DNA of 64,000 nt, from contig CAVVML010000030.1 in the NCBI GenBank assembly GCA_963749265.1, forward strand, positions 328 through 64,327, given 5' to 3'. Origin of the DNA: an uncultured Acidobacteriota bacterium. GTDB lineage: Bacteria > Acidobacteriota > Thermoanaerobaculia > UBA5066 > Gp7-AA6. The notes beneath the pieces were generated by a model. It was not told where the DNA came from. It did not search any database and worked only from the letters and a program-made list of their open reading frames with translations. The position numbers and the translations under genes were made by a program. Of the stretch, positions 28,025 through 37,280 are shown piece after piece. Every line of letters starts with the position of its first letter. The first letter of the stretch is position 1.

Positions 28025-30997
28025 ATGAAGAAGTCGTCCGCCGTCTCCGTGCCCGTGCTCGTGCTTGTCGCCCTCGCCGTCGCCGCGGGGCTCTTCCTCC
28101 CCGCCGCCGCCTCGGCCCAGTTCGTCGATCCGTACTACACGTACTTCGGCGTCAACAAGATCGCCTACGACACCTTCACGTGGAAGACCTACCGCTCGAC
28201 GCACTTCCTCATCTACTTCCATGACCGCGAGGAGATGTCCCTGCAGAAGGTCGCGTCCTACGCCGAGAGCGCCTACGACGAGATCTCGCGGTCGCTGAAT
28301 TTCCAGATTCCCAAGCCGATCAACATCATTTATTACGCGACCCATACCGAGTTCGAGCAGACGAACACGCTCGCCGGCTTCATCCCCGAAGGCGTGGGCG
28401 CCTTCGCCCTGCCGACCCGCAACCGGATGGTCCTGCCGATCGACATGCCCGACGAGGAGCTCCAGAAGCTCCTCGCCCACGAGCTCACGCACGTCTTCCA
28501 GTTCGAGATCTTCTTCGGCGGCAGCTTCATCCGGGCGTACACCTCGGGCGCGCCGCAGTGGCTGACGGAGGGCATGGCCTCCTACTTCGCCGCCGACGAG
28601 GACTCGAAGGACATGATGGTCCTCCGCGACGCCGTCCTCGCCGACCAGGTCCCCCAGATCGCCGAGCAGGGCATCTTCGGCTTCTTCGCGTACCGCTTCG
28701 GCCACGCCGTCTTCGACTTCATCGAGGCCGAGTGGGGCAAGGACGGCGTGCGCGACTTCGTCTTCGAGTACCGCGGGCAGCTCGGCCCGAACATCGACCG
28801 CGTCCTCCAGCGCACCTACGGCGTCAACGCCGAGGACTTCGACATCCGCTTCCGCCGCTACCTCCGCCAGCGCTTCTTGAAGATGCTGACGGAGCGCGGC
28901 GAGCCGATCGACTTCGGAGACCAGGTCCGTCTCTCGCAGGAGGGCTCGGCCGAGGTCTCGGTTCGCCCCTTCCCCTCCGGAGACTTCGGCGCCGCGATCT
29001 CGACGCTCGGACAGGACGCGAACGTCGTCGTCTTCTCGCCCCGCGACCGCAAGCTCTACCGGAACCTGACCAAGGGGTTCAAGACCGACTACGAGTACAT
29101 CGTCGCGCAGTGGCTGACGACCGGCCCCGTCGGAGGCGTCGACCTCGCGGTCTCCCCCGACGGCAACTCGCTCGCGTTCTTCGTCAAGCGGGAGCGCGGC
29201 CGCGAGCTCCTCCTCCTCAACGCCCTGGACGGAAAGATCGAGACGATGATCCCCATGCCGGGCCTCGACCAGCAGCTCAACCCGGCCTTCTCTCCGGACG
29301 GCAAGCAGATCGCGTTTCTCGCGGTCAAGGGCGGCGATGCCGACATCTACACCTACAGCTTCGACACCAAGGCCATCGTCAACATCACGCAGGACCGTTC
29401 CTTCGACTTCGCGCCGACCTTCTCGCCCGACGGCGAGTGGGTCTACTACTCCGGCGTCCAGGGCACCTCGGCCAAGATCTTCCGGATCCGTCCGGGAGTC
29501 GAAGGCTCGCGCGAACAGGTCACGTACGGCGACTCGAACGACGAGGACGCCGCCGTCTCCCCCGACGGCAAGCGCCTCTTCTTCTCCTCGGACCGCAACG
29601 GCGGCGTCTACAACGTCTACTCCGTGGACCTGGCGAACGGGGAGACGAACATGTTCACGAACGTCGTGGGCGGCTGCTTCTCGCCGGCGATCCTGACCGC
29701 CCGCGACGGTTCCGAGCGGCTGGTGTTTTCGGCCTACTACAAGCGCCGGTTCATGCTCTACGTCACCGACGCGAAAAAGCCGTACCGGAAGCTCGCCGAG
29801 CTCAACCCCGCGCCGTCGCCGGCCGGGCCGGCCACGATCGCTCCGTTCCAGCCCTCGATCGAGGTCTCCGTCGACCCCGAGAAGATCGAGCGGCCGAGCC
29901 GCAAGCTCTTCCTCGAGAACGCCCAGATCCTCGCGGGCGTCGCCTCCGACGGCCAGTTCCTCTCCAACACGATCCTGACCTTCGGCGACAACCTCGGCGA
30001 CCGCCGGCTGCAGGCGATCCTCTGGACCGTGTCCGGATACACGAACGGCAGCCTCTCGTACATCGACATCGGCTCACGCATGCAGAAGGGCGTCGTCGGC
30101 TACTACAACCGCAACTACTACTACGTCCTCAATCCCGACGGCACGATCGGCACGCAAAGCAACTACCAGTACATCGGAGGCAACCTCTTCGCCTCCTACC
30201 CCTTCAATCGCTACTACCGGCTGGAAGGGGAGCTCGGTTACAACGACCGGGATTTCAACGGGTATCCGGTCTGGGTCGAGACCCCCGAGGGCTCCGGGAT
30301 CATCGGTATTCCGACATCCAACGGCTATGCGACGCTCGGCACGCGCCTCGTCGGCGACACGACGCAATACGAATCCTTCGGACCGATCTCCGGCCGGAAG
30401 CTCTCGATCGGCCTCTCCTGGTCGCCCTACATCAGCGGCACGAAGTTGCCCGGACAGGATGGCATCACGTTGACATGGGACGCGACGATGGACTTGCGCC
30501 ACTACTTCAAAGTGACGCGCCGCTCGCTGTTCGCGATCCGCCTCTACGGGTTCCGGGCCGATGGCAACCTTCCGGACGTTCTGGCCTTCGGCGGCATCGA
30601 CACGCTGCGCACGTTCCCGGTCTACGGCATCGTGGGCAACACGGCGGCGTTCTTGAACATCGAGTTCCGCTTCCCGCTCATCGACCTGCTCGCGACGCCG
30701 GTGCTCGGCATCCGGGAGATCCGAGGCAAGGTCTTCATCGACGTCGGCGGCGCGAAACTCAAGAACCAGCCCTGGCAGTTCTGGGACGATTACACCCTCT
30801 GCGGCAACGGCAACACCGTTTTCGGCGGCGCTCCGGCGGGCTGCAACGGCGCGCAGGGCGGATACTCCGACTGGGGATTCGGATTCCAGACGAACTTTCT
30901 CGGGCTGCCGCTGCACTTCGACGTCGCGAGGCAGTGGAACTTCAAGCAGCAGCTGACCGACTTCAAGCTGTTCTTCTACCTCGGGCAGGAATTCTAG
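28025..30997 (+). CDS. Outer-membrane protein: gluzincin (MA) peptidase domain, PD40/TolB-like propeller and Omp85/BamA-type barrel
   Basis: HELTH...WLTEGMASY, repeated SPDG units, LRTF...GNTAAFLNIEFRFP and terminal FYLGQEF. Confidence 0.85.
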   Translation: MKKSSAVSVPVLVLVALAVAAGLFLPAAASAQFVDPYYTYFGVNKIAYDTFTWKTYRSTHFLIYFHDREEMSLQKVASYAESAYDEISRSLNFQIPKPINIIYYATHTEFEQTNTLAGFIPEGVGAFALPTRNRMVLPIDMPDEELQKLLAHELTHVFQFEIFFGGSFIRAYTSGAPQWLTEGMASYFAADEDSKDMMVLRDAVLADQVPQIAEQGIFGFFAYRFGHAVFDFIEAEWGKDGVRDFVFEYRGQLGPNIDRVLQRTYGVNAEDFDIRFRRYLRQRFLKMLTERGEPIDFGDQVRLSQEGSAEVSVRPFPSGDFGAAISTLGQDANVVVFSPRDRKLYRNLTKGFKTDYEYIVAQWLTTGPVGGVDLAVSPDGNSLAFFVKRERGRELLLLNALDGKIETMIPMPGLDQQLNPAFSPDGKQIAFLAVKGGDADIYTYSFDTKAIVNITQDRSFDFAPTFSPDGEWVYYSGVQGTSAKIFRIRPGVEGSREQVTYGDSNDEDAAVSPDGKRLFFSSDRNGGVYNVYSVDLANGETNMFTNVVGGCFSPAILTARDGSERLVFSAYYKRRFMLYVTDAKKPYRKLAELNPAPSPAGPATIAPFQPSIEVSVDPEKIERPSRKLFLENAQILAGVASDGQFLSNTILTFGDNLGDRRLQAILWTVSGYTNGSLSYIDIGSRMQKGVVGYYNRNYYYVLNPDGTIGTQSNYQYIGGNLFASYPFNRYYRLEGELGYNDRDFNGYPVWVETPEGSGIIGIPTSNGYATLGTRLVGDTTQYESFGPISGRKLSIGLSWSPYISGTKLPGQDGITLTWDATMDLRHYFKVTRRSLFAIRLYGFRADGNLPDVLAFGGIDTLRTFPVYGIVGNTAAFLNIEFRFPLIDLLATPVLGIREIRGKVFIDVGGAKLKNQPWQFWDDYTLCGNGNTVFGGAPAGCNGAQGGYSDWGFGFQTNFLGLPLHFDVARQWNFKQQLTDFKLFFYLGQEF

Positions 30998-30998
30998 G

Positions 30999-31090
30999 GA
31001 CGGGAGGCAGGCCGCAGTAGGCGGGAGGCAGGACCAGCCCGATCGCGCTGTCTTCCGCTGCCTCCGGCCTCCCGCTTCCTGCCTCCTGTC
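30999..31090. repeat. Palindromic heptamer tandem-repeat element (GGCAGGA)n...(TCCTGCC)n
   Basis: GACGGGA GGCAGGC CGCAGTA GGCGGGA GGCAGGA ... TCCGGCC TCCCGCT TCCTGCC TCCTGTC. Confidence 0.75.
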
Positions 31091-31117
31091 CCGGCACTCC
31101 CTTACAATCCCCGCAAC

Positions 31118-31894
31118 GTGTCTTCCGGCCGGTCACTCGCGATTCGGGTTCTCGGGCCCTACGGAGGGTCCGCGCCCGGCTATCGGATGACGACGTTCGT
31201 CATCGACGGCGAGACCGCGCTGGACGCGGGCGCATTGACCGACGCGCTCCCCATCTCCGCGCAGCGCCGTCTCCGCCGCGTCGTGCTCACGCACGCGCAC
31301 CTCGACCACGTGGCGTCGCTGCCGTTTCTGGTCGAGAACGTCTACGGCCGGGAGAGGCCGCTCGAGATCATCGCTCCGGCGCCCGTGCTTCGCACGCTCT
31401 CCCGACACGTATTCAACGACGCCGCGTGGCCCGATTTTTCGCGCCTGCCCTCGCGCCGTCGGCCGACGATCGTGTTCCGGCCCGTGGCCGTCGGCCGGCC
31501 CTTCGCGGCGGGCGGTGTGCGGTTCACTCCCATTCCCGTCGATCACATCGTCCCGGCCTTCGGCTACCTCGTCTCGAAGCCCGGCCGCGCCGTGCTCTTC
31601 TCGGGCGACACGATGCCGACGCGCCGGCTCTGGGAGCACGCCGGCCGCGCCCGCGACCTGAAAGCGATCTTCCTCGAGGTGTCGTTTTCGGACTCCCAGG
31701 CGACGGTGGCCCGGGCGTCGTGTCACCTCACGCCGCAGCTGCTGCCCGCGGAGCTGGCGAAGGCGCCGGAGCGGGTGCCCGTGTTCCTGTACCACATGAA
31801 GCCGCCGTCGGTCTCCCGCATCCGCCGCGAGGTCGCCCGCCTCGACGAGCCGCGCCTGCGGCTGCTCGAATCGGAGAGATCCTTTCGCTTCTGA
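31118..31894 (+). CDS. Metallo-beta-lactamase-fold class II cyclic nucleotide phosphodiesterase
   Basis: THAHLDHV, HVFNDAAWPDF, FSGDT, HLTP and YHMKP. Confidence 0.85.
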   Translation: MSSGRSLAIRVLGPYGGSAPGYRMTTFVIDGETALDAGALTDALPISAQRRLRRVVLTHAHLDHVASLPFLVENVYGRERPLEIIAPAPVLRTLSRHVFNDAAWPDFSRLPSRRRPTIVFRPVAVGRPFAAGGVRFTPIPVDHIVPAFGYLVSKPGRAVLFSGDTMPTRRLWEHAGRARDLKAIFLEVSFSDSQATVARASCHLTPQLLPAELAKAPERVPVFLYHMKPPSVSRIRREVARLDEPRLRLLESERSFRF

Positions 31895-31895
31895 G

Positions 31896-31974
31896 AGTCC
31901 AAGTGTCGAAATGTTGAAATGTCGAAGGTTCCGCGTTTAGCAGTTCGACGCTTCGACGCTTCGACATTCCGACT
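31896..31974. repeat. Palindromic octamer tandem-repeat element (TGTYGAAR)n...(YTTCRACN)n
   Basis: TGTCGAAA TGTTGAAA TGTCGAAG ... GTTCGACG CTTCGACG CTTCGACA. Confidence 0.9.
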
Positions 31975-31979
31975 CGGCT

Positions 31980-33452
31980 TCAGGAAGGAATCGCGACCGC
32001 GATCCCGCGCCAGCGCTGGAGACGGAAACGCCCCACGCTCAGGGCGCAACGGGTGATGTGGCCCAGCACGATGGCCGTCCAGATGCCTCCCGCGGTCAGC
32101 CCGCCCGTCGCCTGGAGCACGGTGCAGATGCCGAGAGGAATGACGACCTGGGACACGATCGAAATGTAGAGCGGCCCGCGCGTGTCGCCGGTGCCCTGGA
32201 GAGCGCCCGTGAAGCTCAGCGCCACGGTGATGAAGAGCCCCGAGACCGAGAGATAGCGCAGGAGCTGCTGTCCGAGGGCGCGCGCCGTGGGATCGTCCAT
32301 GCCGAAGATGCCGAGGAGCAGGTTCGGAACGGCAAAGAACAGGATGCCGACGAAGGCCGCGGCGCCCAGCCCGATGCGCGAGGCCACGCGCACGCCTTCG
32401 ACGACCCGATCGGGCCGGCCCGCGCCCAGGTTCTGGCCGGCGATGGCGGCGGCGGCGCCCATCAGGCCGACCGACGTCCACGTGATGAGCGAGAAGAGCT
32501 CGGTGTAGGCGACGGCATACGCCGCCTGGGCCGCGGCGCTCTGCGGAAGCGATCCGATGAATCGCAGCAGGAACACACCGGCGACGTTCATGACGATGCC
32601 CTGGAAGCCCGTGGGCAGGCCGAAACGAAAGAGCTCGCGGATGACGGCGAGATCCGGCGCCTTGCGCATTCCGGGCTCGAGGTGGATCACCGCGTCCGGC
32701 TTGGTCAGCCGCCAGAGGCCGTAAGCGGAGACGATCGTGCTGCTCGCAATCGTGCCGAGCGCCGCGCCGAGAGTCCCCAGACGGGGAATCAGGATCACGT
32801 TGAAGACGATGGTCAGCGCCGTCATCATGAGGCCGAGCCGCAGCGGCGTGCGCGCGTCGCCGGCGGCGCGCATCGCTCCGCTCAGCAGGAAGAAGACCAT
32901 CATGCCGACGATGCCGACGAGCATCGCCCGCAGAAACGGCAGCGCCTGGATCCGGACTTCGGGCGCGGCGTGGACCAGATCGAGCAGGCTCGGGGCGAAG
33001 ATCCAGCCGGCCGCGCCCAGCGTCACGGACAGCCCCACGGCCGTCAGGAACGCCTGGTAGAAGACGCGGTTCACCTTCTCGGGCTGGTTCGCGCCGGCGA
33101 AGCGCGCGATGAGCACGCCCATTCCGCTGAAGACGGAGCTCGCGAAAACGATGACGACGATGACGATCTGCCAGCTCACGCCGATGGCGGCGTTCGCCGT
33201 GTAGCCCACGAAGTGGCCGACCATCGCGTGATCGATGATTCCCTGCAGGCCCGCGATCACGTTCTGCAGCATGGTCGGCCAGGCGAGCTTCCAGACCGCC
33301 GGACCAATGGGTCCCTCGACCAGCGAACGATCGAACGTCTTCCGAGGCCGCGCCGGCGCGGCGAACGCCTTCGCCTCGGCCACCCCGTCGGGGACCGCGG
33401 CCGCGCCCTCCGTCAAGACGGGCGCCTCGGGGGAATCTCCGACAGGGGTCAT
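31980..33452 (-). CDS. MATE family efflux transporter
   Basis: KLAWPTM, RAAGDARTP, AGQNLGAG and multiple TM helices. Confidence 0.92.
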   Translation of the reverse strand: MTPVGDSPEAPVLTEGAAAVPDGVAEAKAFAAPARPRKTFDRSLVEGPIGPAVWKLAWPTMLQNVIAGLQGIIDHAMVGHFVGYTANAAIGVSWQIVIVVIVFASSVFSGMGVLIARFAGANQPEKVNRVFYQAFLTAVGLSVTLGAAGWIFAPSLLDLVHAAPEVRIQALPFLRAMLVGIVGMMVFFLLSGAMRAAGDARTPLRLGLMMTALTIVFNVILIPRLGTLGAALGTIASSTIVSAYGLWRLTKPDAVIHLEPGMRKAPDLAVIRELFRFGLPTGFQGIVMNVAGVFLLRFIGSLPQSAAAQAAYAVAYTELFSLITWTSVGLMGAAAAIAGQNLGAGRPDRVVEGVRVASRIGLGAAAFVGILFFAVPNLLLGIFGMDDPTARALGQQLLRYLSVSGLFITVALSFTGALQGTGDTRGPLYISIVSQVVIPLGICTVLQATGGLTAGGIWTAIVLGHITRCALSVGRFRLQRWRGIAVAIPS

Positions 33453-33516
33453 GAGTGTTACTACGATGTCAACGCGGTTTCGGTCGCAACTTCTTTCGAA
33501 AATCGCTCGACAATTC

Positions 33517-33669
33517 TTAGAGCATCCTTCGCCAGGTCAGGCGGTTGGCGGCGTCCGCGGCGAGTCTTGGAGCATCCTTCCCAAGGCCATCAGGTCCACG
33601 GCGTTCGCGGCGGGTCTCAGAGCATCCTTCCCCAGGCCAGCAGGTCCACGGCGAGGTTCGCGGCGTAGC
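33517..33669. repeat. Three degenerate tandem copies (50-bp period) of the 3' end of the N-acetyltransferase gene
   Basis: AGCATCCTTC at 33521, 33571 and 33621 with similar flanking sequence. Confidence 0.9.
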
Positions 33670-34828
33670 GTCCGCGGAGGGAGTCGTTGCGGAGCAGGTC
33701 CTCCCGCGCCCCCGGCAGGATCACCTCGCGCATGAGATAGGTCCGGCCCTCGCGCGTCTGGGCACGGTAGGACGAGCGTTGCTCCGACGCCGCCGTCCGG
33801 CGGATCACCGCGACACGGCGCGACTCGGGATCGAGGGACACCTCGTCCTCGAGGCGCGCTTCCGGGGCGGCGCCGGAACCGGGCGTCAACGTCAGCCGGA
33901 ATCCCGAGGACGTCGGGGTGAGATCGCCGACGTCGGCCACTCCCTGGAGGAGCCGCCGGTAGCCTTTCGGCGACGCGATCGCGCCGTAGGCTTCGGCCGT
34001 CGAGGCGTTCGTGTCGAGATATGACGTGAGAACCGCTTCCCGAGACCCCGGCTCCGGATCGCCCGCGATCGCAAGCGCTCGCGCGAGCAGCTCCTCCTCC
34101 ACGCCGAAGAGGGCGGACAGCGCCGACGGGCGCGGCGCGGGCAGCGGAATGCGGAGGCGCGAGTGCCGGTCGTCGACACGGACTTCGCCGCGCGCGAAGG
34201 ACAGCACGCGCTGGCCGAGATCCCGCCGCAAGCTCACTTCCTGCAGAAACGGAGCGCCCTTTCGGAAAGTCCGACGCCACAGCTCGCGATAGGCCTCGGG
34301 CGAGGCCGTCGCCGTGCCGATGGCGAGCGTCCGCGGGCCTTCGGGCACGCCGCCTTCGAAGGTCACGCGGAAGCCTTCGCCGCTTCGGATCGCCTCGATT
34401 CGAAGACCGGCGAGCGCCGACTCGACGAGCCCGGGCGCCGCGGGAAGGAGCACGGGCAGCGGAAACCCGACGTCGGCGATCGTCTCCCCCCTCGGAGTCT
34501 CGACGAAGAGGGCCGCGTGGTCCTCGGGGTTGCGGACCTGGCCGATGACGCGCCGCGTCTTGAAACCGAGCTCCGTCAGCAGCGCGTCGAACGCCGCGAC
34601 ACGCGCGAAGCAGGTTCCGCCGGTCCCGCGCTCGAGATGATCGGCCCAGAAGACGTCGGGCATGCGCGGCTTCGCGGGATCCTCGCCACCTCCGCATCGC
34701 GGACGATCTTCGAGGCGGTCTCGAAGGGGACGCGAGCGTTGAAGCGGACGAAGATCGCTTCGAGGAACCGGATCCGGGCTGGGCCCGCGACAGATCGAGA
34801 GCCTCGAGATCTCGTCGGCCGGAATCAC
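33617..34828 (-). CDS. Arylamine N-acetyltransferase-family protein with extra C-terminal domain; frameshifts in 5' part
   Basis: VPFET, GGTCF (Cys), EDHAAL (His) and IADVGF (Asp) triad motifs. Confidence 0.8.
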   Translation of the reverse strand: MIPADEISRLSICRGPSPDPVPRSDLRPLQRSRPLRDRLEDRPRCGGGEDPAKPRMPDVFWADHLERGTGGTCFARVAAFDALLTELGFKTRRVIGQVRNPEDHAALFVETPRGETIADVGFPLPVLLPAAPGLVESALAGLRIEAIRSGEGFRVTFEGGVPEGPRTLAIGTATASPEAYRELWRRTFRKGAPFLQEVSLRRDLGQRVLSFARGEVRVDDRHSRLRIPLPAPRPSALSALFGVEEELLARALAIAGDPEPGSREAVLTSYLDTNASTAEAYGAIASPKGYRRLLQGVADVGDLTPTSSGFRLTLTPGSGAAPEARLEDEVSLDPESRRVAVIRRTAASEQRSSYRAQTREGRTYLMREVILPGAREDLLRNDSLRGRYAANLAVDLLAWGRML

Positions 34829-35573
34829 GCCCGGCTCGAGAGCCTGGCGACCATGTCGCGGATCCGGAAGCGCGCGTCCTCCGAGAACCAGAAGTCGAGG
34901 AAGGGGTCGTGCTCGCGCGCCTGGTCGAAACGCGCCAGCGCCGCGGCCCTCGAGCGCCGCTTGATCTCGGCGTGGGCCGGGCTCGAGAGGCCGGCCAGCA
35001 CCCGCGCCCGCTCGAACGCCCGCTCGCCGAGGTCCGCCGCGGGCACGACGCGCGTCGAGAAGGCCGATCGCGAGGGCCTCCTCGACGGTCCGGTTCTCCC
35101 CCGTCACCGCCAGGCGCTCCATCTGCCGCGCGCCCAGCGACGTGCCGGAACGGCTCCATGAGGCACTGCGGCACCGAAACGCCGAGGATGACCTCGGAGA
35201 GCCCGAACTTGGCCTCGCCTTCCGCCGCGATCCGCTCGTCCGCCGCCATGGCGAGGATCAGACCTCCCGCGATGGCGTGGCCGGGCAGCGCCGCAGACCG
35301 GGGGCCCGGCGACGAAGATCTGCCGCACGAGGTCGCAGTAGGCGCCGACGAACTCCTCCATCGCTTCGCGGCTTGTCGACGAGGAGCGGGAGGTCCCAGC
35401 CCGCCGAGAAGATCCCGGGGAGCGCCGAGGCGAGGACGATCGCGCGGGCCGTCTCGACTTCGGCGAACGCGGCGGAGAGCTCGGCGACGAGCTCCGGGTA
35501 GAACGCGTTGGCCTTCGGGCGGTCGAGGGTGAGGAGCGCGACGCCGTCGCGAATCGATGCGGACTGAACTCAT
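34825..35573 (-). CDS. Enoyl-CoA hydratase/isomerase family protein; frameshifted
   Basis: LTLDRPKANA, FSAG, GHAIAGGLILAMAADERI and FGLSEV across frames. Confidence 0.85.
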
Positions 35574-35590
35574 GGGCTCATCACGAGACG

Positions 35591-35671
35591 AGTTGAAATG
35601 TTGAAATGTTGAAGCGTCGAAGGGCTGATGCACCGTCCCCTTCGACATTTCAACACTTCGACCCTTCGACT
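35591..35671. repeat. Palindromic octamer tandem-repeat element
   Basis: AGTTGAAA TGTTGAAA TGTTGAAG CGTCGAAG ... CTTCGACA TTTCAACA CTTCGACC CTTCGACT. Confidence 0.9.
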
Positions 35672-35710
35672 TTCCCCATTCAAGCGCTCGCCCGCTCGGC
35701 TGCCCCGTCG

Positions 35711-36310
35711 CTACGCGCGCGAAGAGAAGCGGTGAGCGCCGTCCGACGTCAGCTCCGGATGGAACGTCGCCGCGGCCACGTTGCCCTGCCGCACGAGCAC
35801 CGGCTCGCCGCCGTGCGTCGCGAGGATCTCGACGCCGGAGCCCGCCCGACGGATCCGGGGCGCGCGGATGAAGACGGCCGGCATCGCGCCTCCCAGCGCC
35901 GGCGCATCGACCTCGCCGACGAACGAGTCGACCTGACGGCCGTAGGCGTTGCGCTCCACGGAGATGTCGATGAGGCCCAGGCCCCTCTGCGCCGGATTCG
36001 TCACCTCGCGGGCGAGCACGATCGCGCCGGCGCACGTGCCGAGCACCGGGGCGGCCGGTCTCCGCGAGGTTGCGGATGCCGTCCTCCCACGGCGCGGACT
36101 CGAAGAACTTCCAGAGCGTCGTCGACTCGCCGCCCGGCATGACCAGGCCCGCGGCGCCGTCGAGGTCCGGGGCCGCTTCGCCTCGAAGGAGTCGAGACCG
36201 ATCTCCGCGAGCGCCCGGCGGTGCGCCTCGAAGTCGCCCTGGAGCGCGAGGACGGCGACGCCGGTCCCGCCTCCTGCCTCCGGCCTCCTGCCTCCTGGCA
36301 TTCTCACCAT
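35711..36310 (-). CDS. pdxT: Pyridoxal 5'-phosphate synthase glutaminase subunit; internal frameshifts
   Basis: [33 protein letters not shown] and FHPELT. Confidence 0.93.
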   Translation of the reverse strand: MVRMPGGRRPEAGGGTGVAVLALQGDFEAHRRALAEIGLDSFEAKRPRTSTAPRAWSCRAASRRRSGSSSSPRRGRTASATSRRPAAPVLGTCAGAIVLAREVTNPAQRGLGLIDISVERNAYGRQVDSFVGEVDAPALGGAMPAVFIRAPRIRRAGSGVEILATHGGEPVLVRQGNVAAATFHPELTSDGAHRFSSRA

Positions 36311-37191
36311 CCGCTCCTCTGCAGCTGCGCCTCTTCGGGCAGGCTCGCCGCCTCGATCCCCTTCATCCCGACGCCGAGCGACTGCTCGGCCGCGAGCAGG
36401 CCTGCGCGTCCTGCCAGTGGGTCGTGGCCTTCACGATCGCGCGGGCGCGGAGCTGCGGGATCGTCCGACTTGAAGATCCCGGAGCCCACGAAGATCGCCT
36501 CGGCGCCGAGCATCATGCAGAGCGCGGCGTCCGCCGGCGTGGCGACGCCTCCCGCCGCGAAGTTCGGCACCGGGAAGCTGCCCGTCTCCGCGACCTGCTC
36601 GACCAGCTCGAACGGCGCCTGCAGCCGCTTGGCCTCGCGCATCCGCTCGTCCTTGCTCGTGAGCTGGGTCAGCATCCGGATCTCGCGGTGGACGTCGCGG
36701 AGGTGCTTGACCGCGTGAACGATGTCGCCCGTGCCCGCCTCCCCCTTCGTGCGGATCATCGCCGCGCCCTCGCCGATCCGCCGCAGCGCCTCGCCGAGGT
36801 TGCGGCAGCCGCACACGAACGGGACCGCGAAGTCGTGCTTGTAGACGTGGTTCTCCTCGTCGGCCGGGGTGAGGACCTCGGACTCGTCGATGAAGTCCAC
36901 CTTCAGCGCTTCGAGGATCCGCGCCTCGGCGACGTGCCCGATCCGGCACTTCGCCATGACCGGGATCGAGACGGCCTCCTGGATCTCGCGGATCTTCGAG
37001 ACCGGCGACATGCGGGCGACTCCCCCGTCGCGGCGGATGTCCGCGGGCACGCGCTCGAGCGCCATGACCGCCGCCGCGCCCGCGGCCTCCGCGATCCTCG
37101 CCTGGTCCGCGTTGACGACGTCCATGATGACGCCGCCTTTCAACATCTCGGCGAGGCCGACCTTGACGCGGAACGAATCGCTGTTTCTCAT
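36304..37191 (-). CDS. pdxS: Pyridoxal 5'-phosphate synthase lyase subunit; frameshift near 3' end
   Basis: [29 protein letters not shown] and [14 protein letters not shown]. Confidence 0.97.
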   Translation of the reverse strand: MRNSDSFRVKVGLAEMLKGGVIMDVVNADQARIAEAAGAAAVMALERVPADIRRDGGVARMSPVSKIREIQEAVSIPVMAKCRIGHVAEARILEALKVDFIDESEVLTPADEENHVYKHDFAVPFVCGCRNLGEALRRIGEGAAMIRTKGEAGTGDIVHAVKHLRDVHREIRMLTQLTSKDERMREAKRLQAPFELVEQVAETGSFPVPNFAAGGVATPADAALCMMLGAEAIFVGSGIFKSDDPAAPRPRDREGHDPLAGRAGLLAAEQSLGVGMKGIEAASLPEEAQLQRSGW

Positions 37192-37280
37192 CGCGACTCC
37201 TCCTTTCATGAGCTCAGTCTGCTGAAGCTGCTGCCGGGTGCCGGTCCCTGCGGACCTGCTCCGCCGGCGCCTCTGACTTG

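Noticed and set aside
25654-33497. Shared 11-mer CAACTTCTTTC upstream of topA (minus, 25654) and MATE (plus, 33487)
   Set aside because: Only two copies, and one overlaps a tandem-repeat arm; insufficient to call a motif.
33517-33669. Possible mini CRISPR array (regularly spaced AGCATCCTTC)
   Set aside because: The intervening sequences are homologous to each other and to the gene end, the invariant part is only about 11 bp, and no cas genes are present.
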